From sequence record PQ390715.1: a stretch of 64,000 bases of DNA; one strand, 5' to 3'. The notes under the pieces were generated by a model that ran no database searches, was not told where the DNA came from, and saw nothing but the letters and a program-made list of their open reading frames with translations. The translations under genes were made by a program, and so were the position numbers. The number at the start of each line of letters is the position of its first letter. Position 1 is the first letter of the stretch. Positions 1-13,100 of the stretch are shown piece by piece.

Positions 1-108
1 GGTAAGGCTGATTATAAAACTGCTGGTAAGGAATTGCGTGATAGTACATGGTATAAACAAACCACTTCAAGAGCGGAAAAGATGGCACGTATTGTTGAAT
101 CCGTATAA
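1..108 (+). CDS. 3' end of a T4-lysozyme-like protein (probably gp5-like baseplate hub lysozyme), partial
   Basis: Frame 1 reads GKADYKTAGKELRDSTWYKQTTSRAEKMARIVESV*, matching the T4 e/gp5 C-terminal motif A..L..S.WY.QT..RA; it lies directly upstream of gp25. Confidence 0.7.
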   Translation, partial: GKADYKTAGKELRDSTWYKQTTSRAEKMARIVESV

Positions 109-123
109 TAAAGGAAATAGTCA

Positions 124-519
124 ATGGCAGTTGTTTTTAAAGGTTTTTCTACCCCAGTAGTGGGTAGAACTGAAACATTGTATGATAGTGAATTGGTTCG
201 CCAAGATTTAATGAATCATTTCAATACAAAAAAAGGCGAAAGAGCATTTGATGCTGACTATGGTTTTATTGCATGGGATTTGCTGTTTGAATTGGAAGGT
301 TATAATACTATCAACCTTTTGGAAGCAGATGCCCGTAGAATAATTAGCTTAGATCCACGCTTAAATCTTAAGAAATTGCAAATTTCAAGAATAGAATATG
401 GATACCAAATGAATATTGTATTACAGTACGTAGTATTGGATACATTAGAAGAACTTACTATTGTATTCGATGCAAGAAGTAATAACAGAATGGCAACATA
501 TTCAGTATCGTCTTTATAA
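124..519 (+). CDS. gp25: Baseplate wedge protein, gp25/GPW family
   Basis: 131 aa with NHFNTKKGER...DYG and I...DPRL motifs typical of gp25; SD AAGGA; lies between the lysozyme and gp6. Confidence 0.85.
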   Translation: MAVVFKGFSTPVVGRTETLYDSELVRQDLMNHFNTKKGERAFDADYGFIAWDLLFELEGYNTINLLEADARRIISLDPRLNLKKLQISRIEYGYQMNIVLQYVVLDTLEELTIVFDARSNNRMATYSVSSL

Positions 520-523
520 TTAC

Positions 524-553
524 AAAAGCACTCTTCGGAGTGCTTTTCTTTTT
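524..553 (+). terminator. Intrinsic terminator with UUCG loop
   Basis: AAAAGCACTC-TTCG-GAGTGCTTTT followed by CTTTTT. Confidence 0.85.
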
Positions 554-556
554 GAA

Positions 557-562
557 TAAATA
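557..562 (+). promoter_or_regulatory. Late promoter box TAAATA (gp6)
   Basis: TAAATA recurs upstream of structural genes throughout the window, like the T4 gp55 TATAAATA box. Confidence 0.6.
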
Positions 563-620
563 TTTCTATATATAATTCCCAGTACTGAACTAGTACTTTA
601 CTGATTTAAAGGAATAAATT

Positions 621-3600
621 ATGTCACAACAAAAAAGGCAATCAAATTTATACGCTGGTGAGGATTGGACTCAAGTATATGAAAGTTTTTATAAAATCAA
701 TCTTACAGCTTATGACTTCGATACTATCCGTCAGAGTATGATTGATTATCTACGTGCAACTTACCCAGACTCATTCAACGACTGGATCGAAAACGACCAG
801 TTTATTTTTATTTTAGATACGATTTCTATGCTAGGGCAGAACTTGGCATTTCGTATGGATTTGAACACACGTGAAAACTTTTTAGATACTGCAACTCGTC
901 GTGCATCAGTACTAAAACTAGCTAAAATGATTTCTTACTCACCACGCCGCTCATATCCAGGTCGTGCAGTTGCTAAATTAACCGAAATTAAAACAAACCA
1001 AGATGTTCGTAATAGTTTTAATGAATCATTAAAAGATAAAATCATTCGTTGGAATGACCCGATGGATGCTAACTGGTATGAAAACTTCATTCTAGTAATG
1101 AACAGTTCATTTGTCAGTACTAACCAATTTGGTAATCCAGTCAAGCGTATTGATGTTAATGGTGTCTCTCGTCAACTATATCGAATGAACACCATCCCAA
1201 TGACAGCACCCAGTATTCCATTTATTGCAACTGTCAATGGTGAATCTATGACATTTGAAGTAGTGAATCCTGATATTACGTCTGTTGGTGTTGAAGAACG
1301 ACATCCAGAACCACAAGAGCAAAAATATATTGTTTATCAAAATGATGGTAATGGATTTAGCTCACCAAATACTGGTTTTTTTGTATATTTCGTACAAGGT
1401 ACATTGACATATCAAGATTATCAATATGCTATCCGTGAAGAGAACCGTATACAAGATATTAACGTTGATAATATCAACGAAACTGATGTATGGGTTCAAG
1501 AAATAAATGAAGATGGTATTGTTCGTACCAAATGGACAAAAGTTCCATCAATGGAAAGTATTGCATATAACACTGTTAATCGTCAATTAAAAACAATTTT
1601 TGCTGTTACTACTCGTGATAAAGATCAAATAACAATTAAGTATCCAGACTCAAGAAGTGGTGTTGTTCCCCGTGGGACGTTCCGCGTATGGTATCGTGTT
1701 AGTAATGGTAAAACATATAACATTAAAACTTCTGAAATTCAAAACAAAAGCGTAAAATATACATATCGTACAAAAACACAGTCAAGTTATGAATCTAGTA
1801 CATTGGATATACGTTTTTCATTACAATATGAGTCCGACCGTGCACAAAGTGCAGAGACTATTGAGCAGATTAAAGCACGTGCACCACAAATGTACTATAC
1901 ACAAAACCGTTTTGTCAATGGTGAAGATTATAATATTGCACCACTTAGTTTAGGCAATACTGTACTTAAATCTAAAGCTATTAATAGAATTTATAGTGGA
2001 CAATCAAGATTTATTGATATTAATGATCCTACTGGTAAGTATCAAAATACCGATGTTTTTAGTGATGATGGTGCATTATATCAAGAAAACACACAATTTA
2101 ATAGATCATTATTGCTACCAACTACAAAAACAAATGCTAGTATTGTTATTGACAATATTCAACCATTGATTGGTGAAAATGCGGTAATACAACGTTACCA
2201 AGCGTTTCCTTCAAATACAATTGGTATTGAAATACAACAAGCATGGACTCCGGTATACAATTCAAATTATACAACTAACACATATGGTAGAATTTTGGGT
2301 TCATCTGGTACAGTTTATGGTTCATATCAGGTTGGTACTCTAATTAAATTTTCTAATTCTGGAACTACTATATGGGCTAGTGTAGTTAGTGTATTGGATA
2401 ATGGATTTTATGTACTGAGTACATCGGTTCCAAGTGGAATGCAAGCCATAGAGTACATTTTACCATATAGAACTAGATTTAACTCGGTTGAAGTTCAAGC
2501 AATTTCTGCTATGCTAGATAAAAAAACTGATTTTGTTATTGTACATGACAAAGAAACGACATCATGGGTTCCTATTGAAGTAAGTACCAATGATGATACT
2601 ATTGTATATAATGGCAATGAAGTTTTAATTATAATTAATGTAAAATATACAGCAGAAACTTGGGAATTTGATGCTAACGGTATTGAATATATTTTTGTGG
2701 GTGGAGAAAAAGTAAGATTTTACTTTGTATCATCTAAAAAAATTACTGATATTAGTACTGGTACAGTTCAAAGTGATAAGATTGAAATTTTATCATCTAA
2801 CACTACTAGTAGTAGTAATTCAGGATTGACAAGTAATATAGATTTTCAAATTTATGACACAATTCAACAAGAGAATGGCTATCTAGATGGTTCTCGTGTT
2901 ATTGTTACATCTAGGAAAGTAGATAGTAATGGTATACCATTGGAACCAAACCAATTTAAAGAAATTGTTCCTACTTGGACTGGAACCGATGCATTAAAAT
3001 ATGGTGGTATTTTGGTATTTCAGGAAAATAGTGATTTCACTATATCAGTACTGTCGTTACCAAATGATACCTTCACACTTCTTGATTCATCGTGGTCTTA
3101 TACAATGGAACAAGCCTTGGCAGAGCCGAATGCATATAAAAGAACTGAATTTGTTAGAAATAACGCAATTCGTTCAACCACATTGAGTGGATTATATAGT
3201 AAAGGTTCTGGATTTTTAGTTGGTTTTAACTATGATGGTAAATATTATTTTATTGAACAAACAGTTGGTAATAACAATGATCGTTTAGGACAGCTAATTA
3301 GTAATTTAACTTATTCCGATGATACTGGCACTGTTAGTCCTGAATTGGCTTTTTATCGTGCAATTAATAACATGGGAACTAATGCTGACGAGAATCAGAA
3401 GCTAGATTATTATGGATACAAAGATGTTACTTCACAGTACACTGTTAAAACTAATGCACGTACTAGCATAGACTTCCATTGGAAACACTATGCACCTGAC
3501 GACAATCGCATTGATCCTAGTAGAACAAACTTAATTGATATGTATGTATTAACCAATTCATATAAAACTGAAGTTGACGTTTGGTTGAAAAATAATGCTG

Positions 3601-4082
3601 TTGGTAGTATTCCTAAACCACCTACATCGGTTGAATTGAAAGATATGTTCAAAGATGTTGAACAAAAAATAGTCATTAGTGATAGTATTATTTGGCATAG
3701 TGCTGAGTACTTACCTTTATTTGGCAACAGTGCTGCTGAAGATTACAAAGCTGATTTTAAAGTAGTGAAATTACCAAACAGCACAATGAGTGATGATGAA
3801 ATTCGTCAAAATGTCATAGCATTAACTAATGAATACTTCAATGTTGATAACTGGGATTTCGGTGAAAGTTTCTATTATACTGATTTGTGTACTTACATAC
3901 ACTCACAGTTAGGTAGACATATTAGTACCATTGTTATAGTTGCACAAAATCCAAATTCAAAATTTGGATCTCTATTTGAAATCCCTTCACGTTCAGACCA
4001 AATATTTTTGAGTACTGCATCTGTTGAAAATGTTCAAATTGTTAACTCACTAGCTAAAAGTAATATTAATATCGGTTCTTAA
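621..4082 (+). CDS. gp6: Baseplate wedge subunit, T4 gp6-like
   Basis: N-terminal DFDTIRQSMIDYLR...F.D and FLDTATRRASVLKLAK motifs, and QNRFVNGEDY (QNR.VT..DY) are gp6/baseplate-J features. Confidence 0.85.
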   Translation: MSQQKRQSNLYAGEDWTQVYESFYKINLTAYDFDTIRQSMIDYLRATYPDSFNDWIENDQFIFILDTISMLGQNLAFRMDLNTRENFLDTATRRASVLKLAKMISYSPRRSYPGRAVAKLTEIKTNQDVRNSFNESLKDKIIRWNDPMDANWYENFILVMNSSFVSTNQFGNPVKRIDVNGVSRQLYRMNTIPMTAPSIPFIATVNGESMTFEVVNPDITSVGVEERHPEPQEQKYIVYQNDGNGFSSPNTGFFVYFVQGTLTYQDYQYAIREENRIQDINVDNINETDVWVQEINEDGIVRTKWTKVPSMESIAYNTVNRQLKTIFAVTTRDKDQITIKYPDSRSGVVPRGTFRVWYRVSNGKTYNIKTSEIQNKSVKYTYRTKTQSSYESSTLDIRFSLQYESDRAQSAETIEQIKARAPQMYYTQNRFVNGEDYNIAPLSLGNTVLKSKAINRIYSGQSRFIDINDPTGKYQNTDVFSDDGALYQENTQFNRSLLLPTTKTNASIVIDNIQPLIGENAVIQRYQAFPSNTIGIEIQQAWTPVYNSNYTTNTYGRILGSSGTVYGSYQVGTLIKFSNSGTTIWASVVSVLDNGFYVLSTSVPSGMQAIEYILPYRTRFNSVEVQAISAMLDKKTDFVIVHDKETTSWVPIEVSTNDDTIVYNGNEVLIIINVKYTAETWEFDANGIEYIFVGGEKVRFYFVSSKKITDISTGTVQSDKIEILSSNTTSSSNSGLTSNIDFQIYDTIQQENGYLDGSRVIVTSRKVDSNGIPLEPNQFKEIVPTWTGTDALKYGGILVFQENSDFTISVLSLPNDTFTLLDSSWSYTMEQALAEPNAYKRTEFVRNNAIRSTTLSGLYSKGSGFLVGFNYDGKYYFIEQTVGNNNDRLGQLISNLTYSDDTGTVSPELAFYRAINNMGTNADENQKLDYYGYKDVTSQYTVKTNARTSIDFHWKHYAPDDNRIDPSRTNLIDMYVLTNSYKTEVDVWLKNNAVGSIPKPPTSVELKDMFKDVEQKIVISDSIIWHSAEYLPLFGNSAAEDYKADFKVVKLPNSTMSDDEIRQNVIALTNEYFNVDNWDFGESFYYTDLCTYIHSQLGRHISTIVIVAQNPNSKFGSLFEIPSRSDQIFLSTASVENVQIVNSLAKSNINIGS

Positions 4083-4089
4083 TATAACG

Positions 4090-4113
4090 GGCGTTCTTCG
4101 GAACGCCTTTTTT
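4090..4113 (+). terminator. Intrinsic terminator with UUCG loop
   Basis: GGCGTTC-TTCG-GAACGCC-TTTTTT. Confidence 0.85.
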
Positions 4114-4161
4114 ATATCATAAATAAATCAAATGAATGAACGAATTATATGGAGTCCAAAA

Positions 4162-7100
4162 ATGACTAATAATTTTAAGTTTCAACCTACACAGATGGCT
4201 GAAGCAGTACAGAAGAAGCTTTTTATTAAAAGATTGCCTGAGTGGATGCAAGGCTTAGAAGATATTCAAAAAGTCAGTGATGATGTTATTCAACAATGGT
4301 TTAATCCGGCTGAAAACGAATTAGTTGACGGCTATATTGGTGATATGGGTTCTCCTGCCGCTGCTGGTAATATCTTCTTACATGAAAGTACTGTAGCACG
4401 TCAACTTTATCAGTTGTCCACTGCTTACGTCTCAAAAAATGATGATTCGACAATTCGTTCAATTCAATTTTATGATGATCTAGTTGGATACATGAATCAT
4501 TATGGAGCACTAACCGATAATGAAAGCCGTTTGTTCAACGGTAAGTTTTATGCATGGACTCCAGCTATTAACCCAAATAAAATGAACAATTTTAGCTCAT
4601 ATCTTTGGGATACTAAAAACTCTTATAATATTACTTCACCTGATTACATTGTAATGGAACGTGGAGCACTTAATGGTAATACATGGTCACTACAAAACTT
4701 TTGGTATACTTTAGGTGAAACATTAGAAGATGGCTCAATATTAACTGAAGAATTAATGCAAGATTCACGTTTTATTCGTGCACGTGCACCAATTATTGAA
4801 TATAATAAAAATATTGAGCTAATTAACTACGGTACAAAATTCCGTGGAACTGTTGATCTGTTCTCTGATATTATTAAACCTGAAGATATCGTTCAAAAAG
4901 ATATTAATAGTGGTATACGTATTGATGGTATTATTCCGCAAGATGGAATGCGTATTCTATTCACCAGTATTGGTAACAATGGTGAAAACAATAGAATTTA
5001 TAATGTATATGTGAAAAAAATGCAAGATGGTACTCGTGTTTATGGTTTAGCACTAGATCCAGAAGAAGAAACTGAATCACGCCCAAGTGGTGAACCTCAA
5101 GATGGTGATGTTGTTCTAATCACTAAAGGTAATGAGTATGGTAATAGTTCTATGTACTGGAATGGATCTTTGTGGGTTCGTGCACAATCAAAAACTAGTG
5201 TTAACGTATTCCCTAAATTCCAACTTTATGATCGTAATGGTATCAAACTTGACAACAGTACTACATATTCATCAAGTAACTTTAAAGGTTCAGAGTTGTT
5301 TGGTTTTAAAATAAATTACAACTATGCAACTGATAGTGTATATGGATATAACATTGAACTTGGTGATTATAATTATTACATTTATGAAAACTTTTTACAA
5401 TCCCAACGTTATACCTATGACCATCTTGGAAAAGAAGTTGAAATTGATGGTTTATACTATTATAACATTATTGATGAAAATAATGAAATGAATCTTCAAA
5501 CCGATTGGGTTCGTTCAGAAGAGTACTCTAAACAATTTGTAAAACAAACTCCACAAGTCCAACGTACTGATATGTATCGTGTATTCAGTACTGTTTATGA
5601 TATGGAAGTTTTTAAAGAACCAGTTGATGGTATGTATGCATATGTTATTGAAGTTGATAGAACATATCAGTACTATAAAGCTGACCGAGAAACTTATCTA
5701 GATTGGCATCCAATTACTGGTGATGGTGTTCAGATTGTAAAATATGACCATACATTCGAATTGGCACAAAAAGTTTTAGATAATGACTCTGATATTATTG
5801 AAGTTGTGGTTGATGGTGTTGATGTGTCCAAATATACCAAAAATGTTTCAAAAGGTCAAGTACAAAGCATCACTCTAGATAGTACTGTAGAATTGGATGA
5901 AGATTCTGTTATTCAAATCAGAACTTATAGCAGTACTGTAACTCCTAATAAAGAATTAGGTGCATATGAAGTTCCAATCAACCTACAAAATAACCCATAT
6001 AATTCTAATATTATATACATTAACCAAGGTGACTACACTTTACATTTTCAGGATATTATTCAAAAGAACATTACACGTGGTTCTTCTGATGATTTCAATG
6101 ACTATGAAGAACGTTTGGCTAAAGGATTGGTTAATAATGGCGTAGGTACTAAAATTATCCAAAATGAAGCATCTATGCTTCCATTGATGGCACATACTGC
6201 AAATGAAGATATTGATTTGTTTGAAGCAACTATGTTTATGCAATCTGAATATTTTAGATTCATTAATAAATTTAATACACAAATGCTTCGTATGTATGAT
6301 GAAAATCCATCAGACTTTTTACAAAATAGTGCTGCAAACATTGTTGATGCAATTTTAACTACTATTAATATGGGACGTGATAGTTCATTCCCATTCTATT
6401 ATGATAATGTTGGAAGTACTTCTGGATTCATTCGTGCATTTATACCACCAACACCACAGTTCTTAGGTATTCTTCAAGCATATGTACCAGAAAAAGCGAC
6501 ATTCCTCACTGCTGGTAGTAAACCAAGCTGTTATAACATCAGTCATACTGGTATTATTTCCAAAGCATACCGTGTTATCAATGGTGTTGATAAAATGGAT
6601 GATGTTGTATATGAATTAGAAAATAGAATTTTTAATAGTATTGATAATAAATTCAAAGATGTTGATTACGTACCAGTATTGAATAGTGATGACCTTTTCC
6701 CTACACCATATTTCACTAAAACTGAATATAGTGCTGAAGAGAAACAAACATTATTACTACGTGGATACATTAACTTCACCGCAACTAATGGTATCAGTAA
6801 TAGTACACATGATTATGATCCTAACAATTGGAGAACTTGGAACTATACTGGCACTTATTATGTAGTTAATGGTCAAAGTACTGAAATTCCTGCACGTGGT
6901 TCATGGCGTGCCATTTACACTGACCAATATGGTACATATCGCCCAGCTACCCATCCGTGGGAAATGTTTGGCTTTACACAACGTCCAACTTGGTGGAACC
7001 AAGAATACGAACCAACGGCTGTTCAAGTTGGTGAACGTGATAGTGATGTTGTATATGTATATGAAGCACTTGTTATGAATGAGCAAGGTGATTTAGTTCC

Positions 7101-10100
7101 TAGTGGTCTTTGGGATATTGACGGAACTATTGGAGATAGCAGTACTGGAACTATTTTATTTGGTGATCGTCGTGGTCAATATGACAAATATAAAAGATTT
7201 GGTGTACAGCCATTCAAAATTACAAAAACTGGAAATAAAACATCTTCTGGTATTGATATTTGTGTGGTTGAATATATTGCACCTGAAATTTTAGGTTTAG
7301 TGTCTGGATCTTTAAATCATAGAGCAGAACCTTGGACATATGGTGATATGGGTGACATGGAATTTACATACATGAACACTACATTGTTTGCATATGACCA
7401 AATGATGCTTTTGTATAAAGCTAAACCAGCACAATTTGCTAACTATTTCTGGGATACCCGCAACGATAACTTAAAAGAAGTATTCACTGATGGTTCACAA
7501 TTCCTTTATGGTGATACACGTAAGCGTATTAATTTTGATAAAAATACAGTAGTTCATGGTGAAAATAGCACAAGAACAATTGGTTATCAAATGTTTGTAA
7601 GTGACCATTTGATGTATCAAAATAAAAATATTACCACCAAGTATGGGGATGTAGTTCGTTCTTCTTATATAAATGTTGGTCATAAAATTGGAGGATTTAC
7701 TAAAGCAGATCAGCTAACATTCAATGCTAAATCTTTCGGTCTTATTTCACAAGAAAACCAAACCATTGGTCTTGTTCGTTCTAATAATATCCGTGATGAG
7801 CAAATGAGTGCGATCAAAATTACTTGGAATGGTAGTGCATATCAGATTGATGGATATGATCTAGTTGGTGCTAAATTTAAATATAAACTTCCAGTAAAAA
7901 ATGGTAGAAAAGTAACTCTTAAATTGGAAAACCGTAATGTTGTTCATTATAATGAATGGAAGTCTGAAGCTTCAATTGAATATGGTAAAGTTTTCAATAG
8001 TTACCAAGAAGTTTATACTTTTATTTGTGGATATGGTGAATATCTTAAAGAACATGGTTGGATTTTTGAAGATGTAAATGATAGTGGTGCTCAACAAGAT
8101 TGGAACACTATTGCTAAAGATTTCGTGATCTGGAGTCAGAATTCTCTAGTAACTGGTGAATTTATTTCTTGTACCCCAAGTGCTGCAAACGCTAAATTTG
8201 GGGCAGACTTTGGTTCAGTACAATCTATTACGCAAAATAATGGTGGTGTATGGTCATTACTTGATGATAATAACCAAGGTATTCGCCAATATGAAATTGA
8301 AACTTCTCGTATTGGAAATATCTTCACTGTTAGAACTTTAGAATCTAATAAACGCATTGCATTGATTCGTTTAAGTTTGTGTTCATATGAACATGCTGTT
8401 ATTTTTGATGATAAAACTATTTTTGGTGATTACATTTATCAGCCAACATATGGTTCTATTCAAGAACTAATTAAAATGTATGGATATATTACTGGTTCAT
8501 GGACTGGTCGCCTACAAGCTCCTGGATTTATTATCTTGGAAGCTGGAACACTACCATCATTTGAAAAATTAGTGTCGGATTTCCAACATTATTATGATAG
8601 TGAAACTCCAGTAAGTGATGTACAATTACAAGAGTTGTCAAACCATTTGATTGGTTATCAATCTCGTGATTATCTACAGCGTATGATTAGTAGTGATGTT
8701 AGTCGTGTTGATTTCTATAAAGGATTCATTCACGATAAAGGTACTAACCAAGTTTTAGAACGTGTACTTCGTGTTTCTAAATCATATGACACTGATGAAT
8801 ATAAAGCATTACAAGAATGGGCATTTAAAATTGGTACATATGGTAATATTGATGGTAAGAAAAACCTTCAATTTAAACTAATCAATGACCAATTTAAACA
8901 ACAACCTCAAATGGTTTCTTTTGATGTAAATGCAACTTCAAATGGTAATGGTAATCATATTGTATACTTCGGTGAGCAAGGTAAAGATCCTCGTTGGATT
9001 ACACGTCCAAATGGTAAGTTCTCATTCCCAATGCGTAGTGGAAGAAGTGAAAACATCCAACTTCCAGATATTGGTCCAGTAACATTGGATGAAGTATCGT
9101 ACACAACAAAAGATTTCAGTACTGCATATAATGACCGCATAACTTATACTAATGGTAAAGGTGAAAATCCTGAATCTGTGTGGATGTTTAAAGACGGTAA
9201 TGGTTTGTGGAACATTTTTGAATTGGTTGATACTAATGTACAAATGGTTTCTATAACACCTATTGAAAATACCGATGTGTATGCTGAACAATTTTGTAAA
9301 GTAACTTTAACTGATAATGTACCACTTGAAGATGGTGATTATTATTATTTTGTTGATGAAACTAACTTTATGCCAGATACTTTAACAGTAGAAAGTCAAT
9401 ATTATACTGCTGGTTCTGATCCTAAAGTTATGGTAGTTCCATTTGACACTTCTATTGATATTGAATTTACTGATCCAGATACACGTCCACGTTTGTATCG
9501 TTATGTATCACGTTTTGCCAGTACTGATGAACGTCAAGCTTACATTGACAAGAAATATAGTTTTAAAGCACCACAAAGTACTTTATTTGATCGTCCAACG
9601 ACATATGATGAACGTACTAACATTACTGAGCTATATCTAAACGTTTATGACCCAATTAATGGTGTTATTCCAGGTGCGGCTATGCAAAACGTAACATATA
9701 CTTCACCAGTTGATCCTGCACAGTATAATAGTAATGGAGAGTTAATCCAGGCTTGGGGTGCTGATAAAGTTGGTCAAGTATGGTGGAACACTAGCACTGC
9801 ATTTTATTTGGATTATACTCGTGCAATTTATGACGCAGACGGTAATGTTGATATTGATGCAACCAATGAATACAAACGTTACAACTGGGGTCGTTTGTTA
9901 CCACATAGTACCATTGATGTGTTAGAGTGGGTTTGTTCACCAGTTGAGCCATATAACTGGGACAAATACTGTAAAGATGTTGCTAAGAAAAACAAAAATA
10001 ATACTATGTATCTACCAAGTGGAACTGCACTTGAAGATAATTATAGTACATTTTTGGAATATGATAGTTCAACTGATAGTTATGTGACAAAATACTATTT

Positions 10101-13100
10101 CTGGGTACGTGATACAATTTATGTACCACCACTACATACCAGAACGAAATCATGTACTGACATTGCTCGTATTATTAAAGATCCAACACAGCTAAACATT
10201 CCTTGGTTCGCTCCAATAAATGAAAACTCGTTTATTCTTAGTAATATGCAATTTAAAGTGAATGATGATACCAGTATTTTAACTGTTTCTTATTACATGG
10301 ATAGTACTGAAGTTGTTAAACATGACCAGTATCAACTATGTAAAGAAGGTGACAGCTATAACTTTAACCCACTAATTTGGGATTCAATGTGGAACTCACT
10401 AATTGGTCAAGAAACAACTGAATCAGGTTCTGTGATTAATTTATTATATCCAGATGTTGATAACGGTTTAGGATCAAACAAAACTTGGTTCCAAAATGTT
10501 ATAGAAGCTCGTAGAAACTTTGTAGAAAGTGCTAATAATTATTATAGGTCACAAAACATAACCACTAATAGTGTTGTTATGGAAGATGTGTTTAATGTTA
10601 AAACCACTGAAGTTAACCCTAATGAAGTTTCTTTCCGTGTGTTGTCTTACAATAATGAATTAGTTATTGCAGTTGAAAGTGATAAATTTAAAGAAAATGA
10701 CGCTGTTATTTTAAGTACTAGTGGATATCTACCAAATCCATTAACTTCTAGTGCTGTTTATTTTATTCACTTCGACGAAAATGGATATATTCAGTTAATG
10801 AATAGTCCAGCAAACGCGGGTAGTGTTGTTACTATAACGTTAGAAAACAAAGGTGAGGGACAACATAAAATGATTAAACAATCTGATTATGTTGAATCAC
10901 TAGGAACCTCATTAGACATGACTCAGTACTGGTCATATGCTGATTGGTATGATGTTGGATATGATAGTAACACGACTTATACTCAAGAGTCAAGCTTAGA
11001 AGATGCTAATACTAAAAACTACCAAGTTGGCGATATTATCAGAGTTACCGATAGTGAAAACATTTGGACATTGTATATTAAATCACAATCACGCGATTCA
11101 ATTTATTGGAAAGCGATTGGTCGTGAAAACAGTACAGTTGAACTCAATGATATGCTTTACGCAGATTATAGTGTTCATAATGATAATGGTTCACTAAGCA
11201 ATCGTGAAATCAACGTTCGTAAAGCACTAGCTTTACTCAAAAATTCTTTCGATTTACATCAAAGCGAAATTGTTTTTGATATGGTCAAATATGTACATGT
11301 TGAACAAAGTGTTGTGGATTGGGTATTTAAAACATCATATATCTATATTGTTGGTTTGGAACAATCATTAGTTCAAAACTATTCAAACGATAATTTGATT
11401 AATCAAATTGTTGAATATTTTGAAGAAGTTAAACCTTATAGAACTAAAATTCGTTCACAAATAGAGCAAAAGACATCTGATGATGATTTAATAAAAGGTC
11501 TATGTAATGATTTAGATCCTAATGGATATATTTTCGTTGACGGTTCTTGGATCAAAACTGAAAAAGATATTTGGGATTATGAGTACGCTCAATTTAATGA
11601 AATTACCCAAAAATGGGAACAGGTAGGTTCACTACCAAGTGATTTCGTTACACCAAATAGAAGATTCCAAGAAATTGATATTATTATGCATTATGATAAT
11701 ATTCAGTGTAAACCAAATGAAGATTTGGCAAGCATAAATGAATTAGTAAGTGTTAATAACAAATATCAATCCAATGAAAAGGATGCTGTTAGTAACTATG
11801 AATTACAACGTTATATATATTCTTTCCCAGAATATAGTGAAGAAACTTTCGATCTTCTTATTGCTTATCAAATGCAAATCTACTATCCAGAATTGGATGT
11901 AACACTAGGAACAGCATATGGCGTTAACCAGTGGTATAAAGACCATGCGGAAGATTTAGAAGCAACTGATGAATTCACTGCTACATTGGAACGTGTTTAT
12001 AAAGAATCAACGCATAACGATATGTTTACTGACCTTAGACAATATGTTCAGTATAACACATTGGCAAACCGTTTGAAACTTTATAAAGATATAAGTGATG
12101 AGAAAATTCACGATGAAGTTGGATGTGGATTTAGTGGACTTACTTATAATGACAATCCTAGTACTAGACTTCCATTAGGCTTTTCTTCTAGTAATGATTA
12201 TAACTATGGATATTTTGAAATAAGCAGTGAATTGTATCAAAAATACATTTCATTAATTAAAGATAAAAATCCTGACGCATCAGACTATGAAGTAAAAGTT
12301 AAACTTGAAGTTGAGTATGGTGTATATGTTTATCGTTATGATGAAGTAGGTGGTGATACCCGTTTCTATACTGATGCTATTCACGTATTAGCAGGTATGA
12401 GAGGGTTATTCGACAAAGACGCTACTGATAAGTACGAAAAAGCTGAAGAGATTCTTAGTAAGACCCCAATTGATATCTATGCAATTACAATGATTCCACG
12501 AAAATATGTTTACTTAAATGTTAACGGTGTATATCAAAGTATACCTGATGAACAAAGTATTGATGATTTCATGGAAGATTATTTTATCACAAATGGTGAA
12601 ATGGTTGAACTAGCTGAAATAAATCTTGATGATTTACCACTAGATCAAAATAATCCAATGTATTCTGATTATCAATATATACTTGATAGTATTACTGAAG
12701 CTAAGTACTTCAATGATATGAATGCATTTGATAACCTAGCATTGGAATCTCAAACTTCTTCAATAAAATGGGAAGTTAAAGATGATGAAGTTGATCCTTA
12801 TATTGTGGATATATCTGACATAAACCCTTCTGGGCGTGATGTTGGACAAATTAGATTTACAGTTGATGGATATGGGTTTGACAATGTATCTCTTGTACAA
12901 TTACGTGATAACAGCAGATATCAAACTGAAGGTATGGCAATTATCAATCCATATAAACATACAGAAGCAATTGTAAGTATTCCTTCATATGCTAAGATTG
13001 AAAATGATATTAATAAAACAACATCGAAGTTTGATGAAAAATATTTCTATCGTGTGAGATCTATTAATAGCTTAACTGAAGCAGAAATAGTTGACAATGA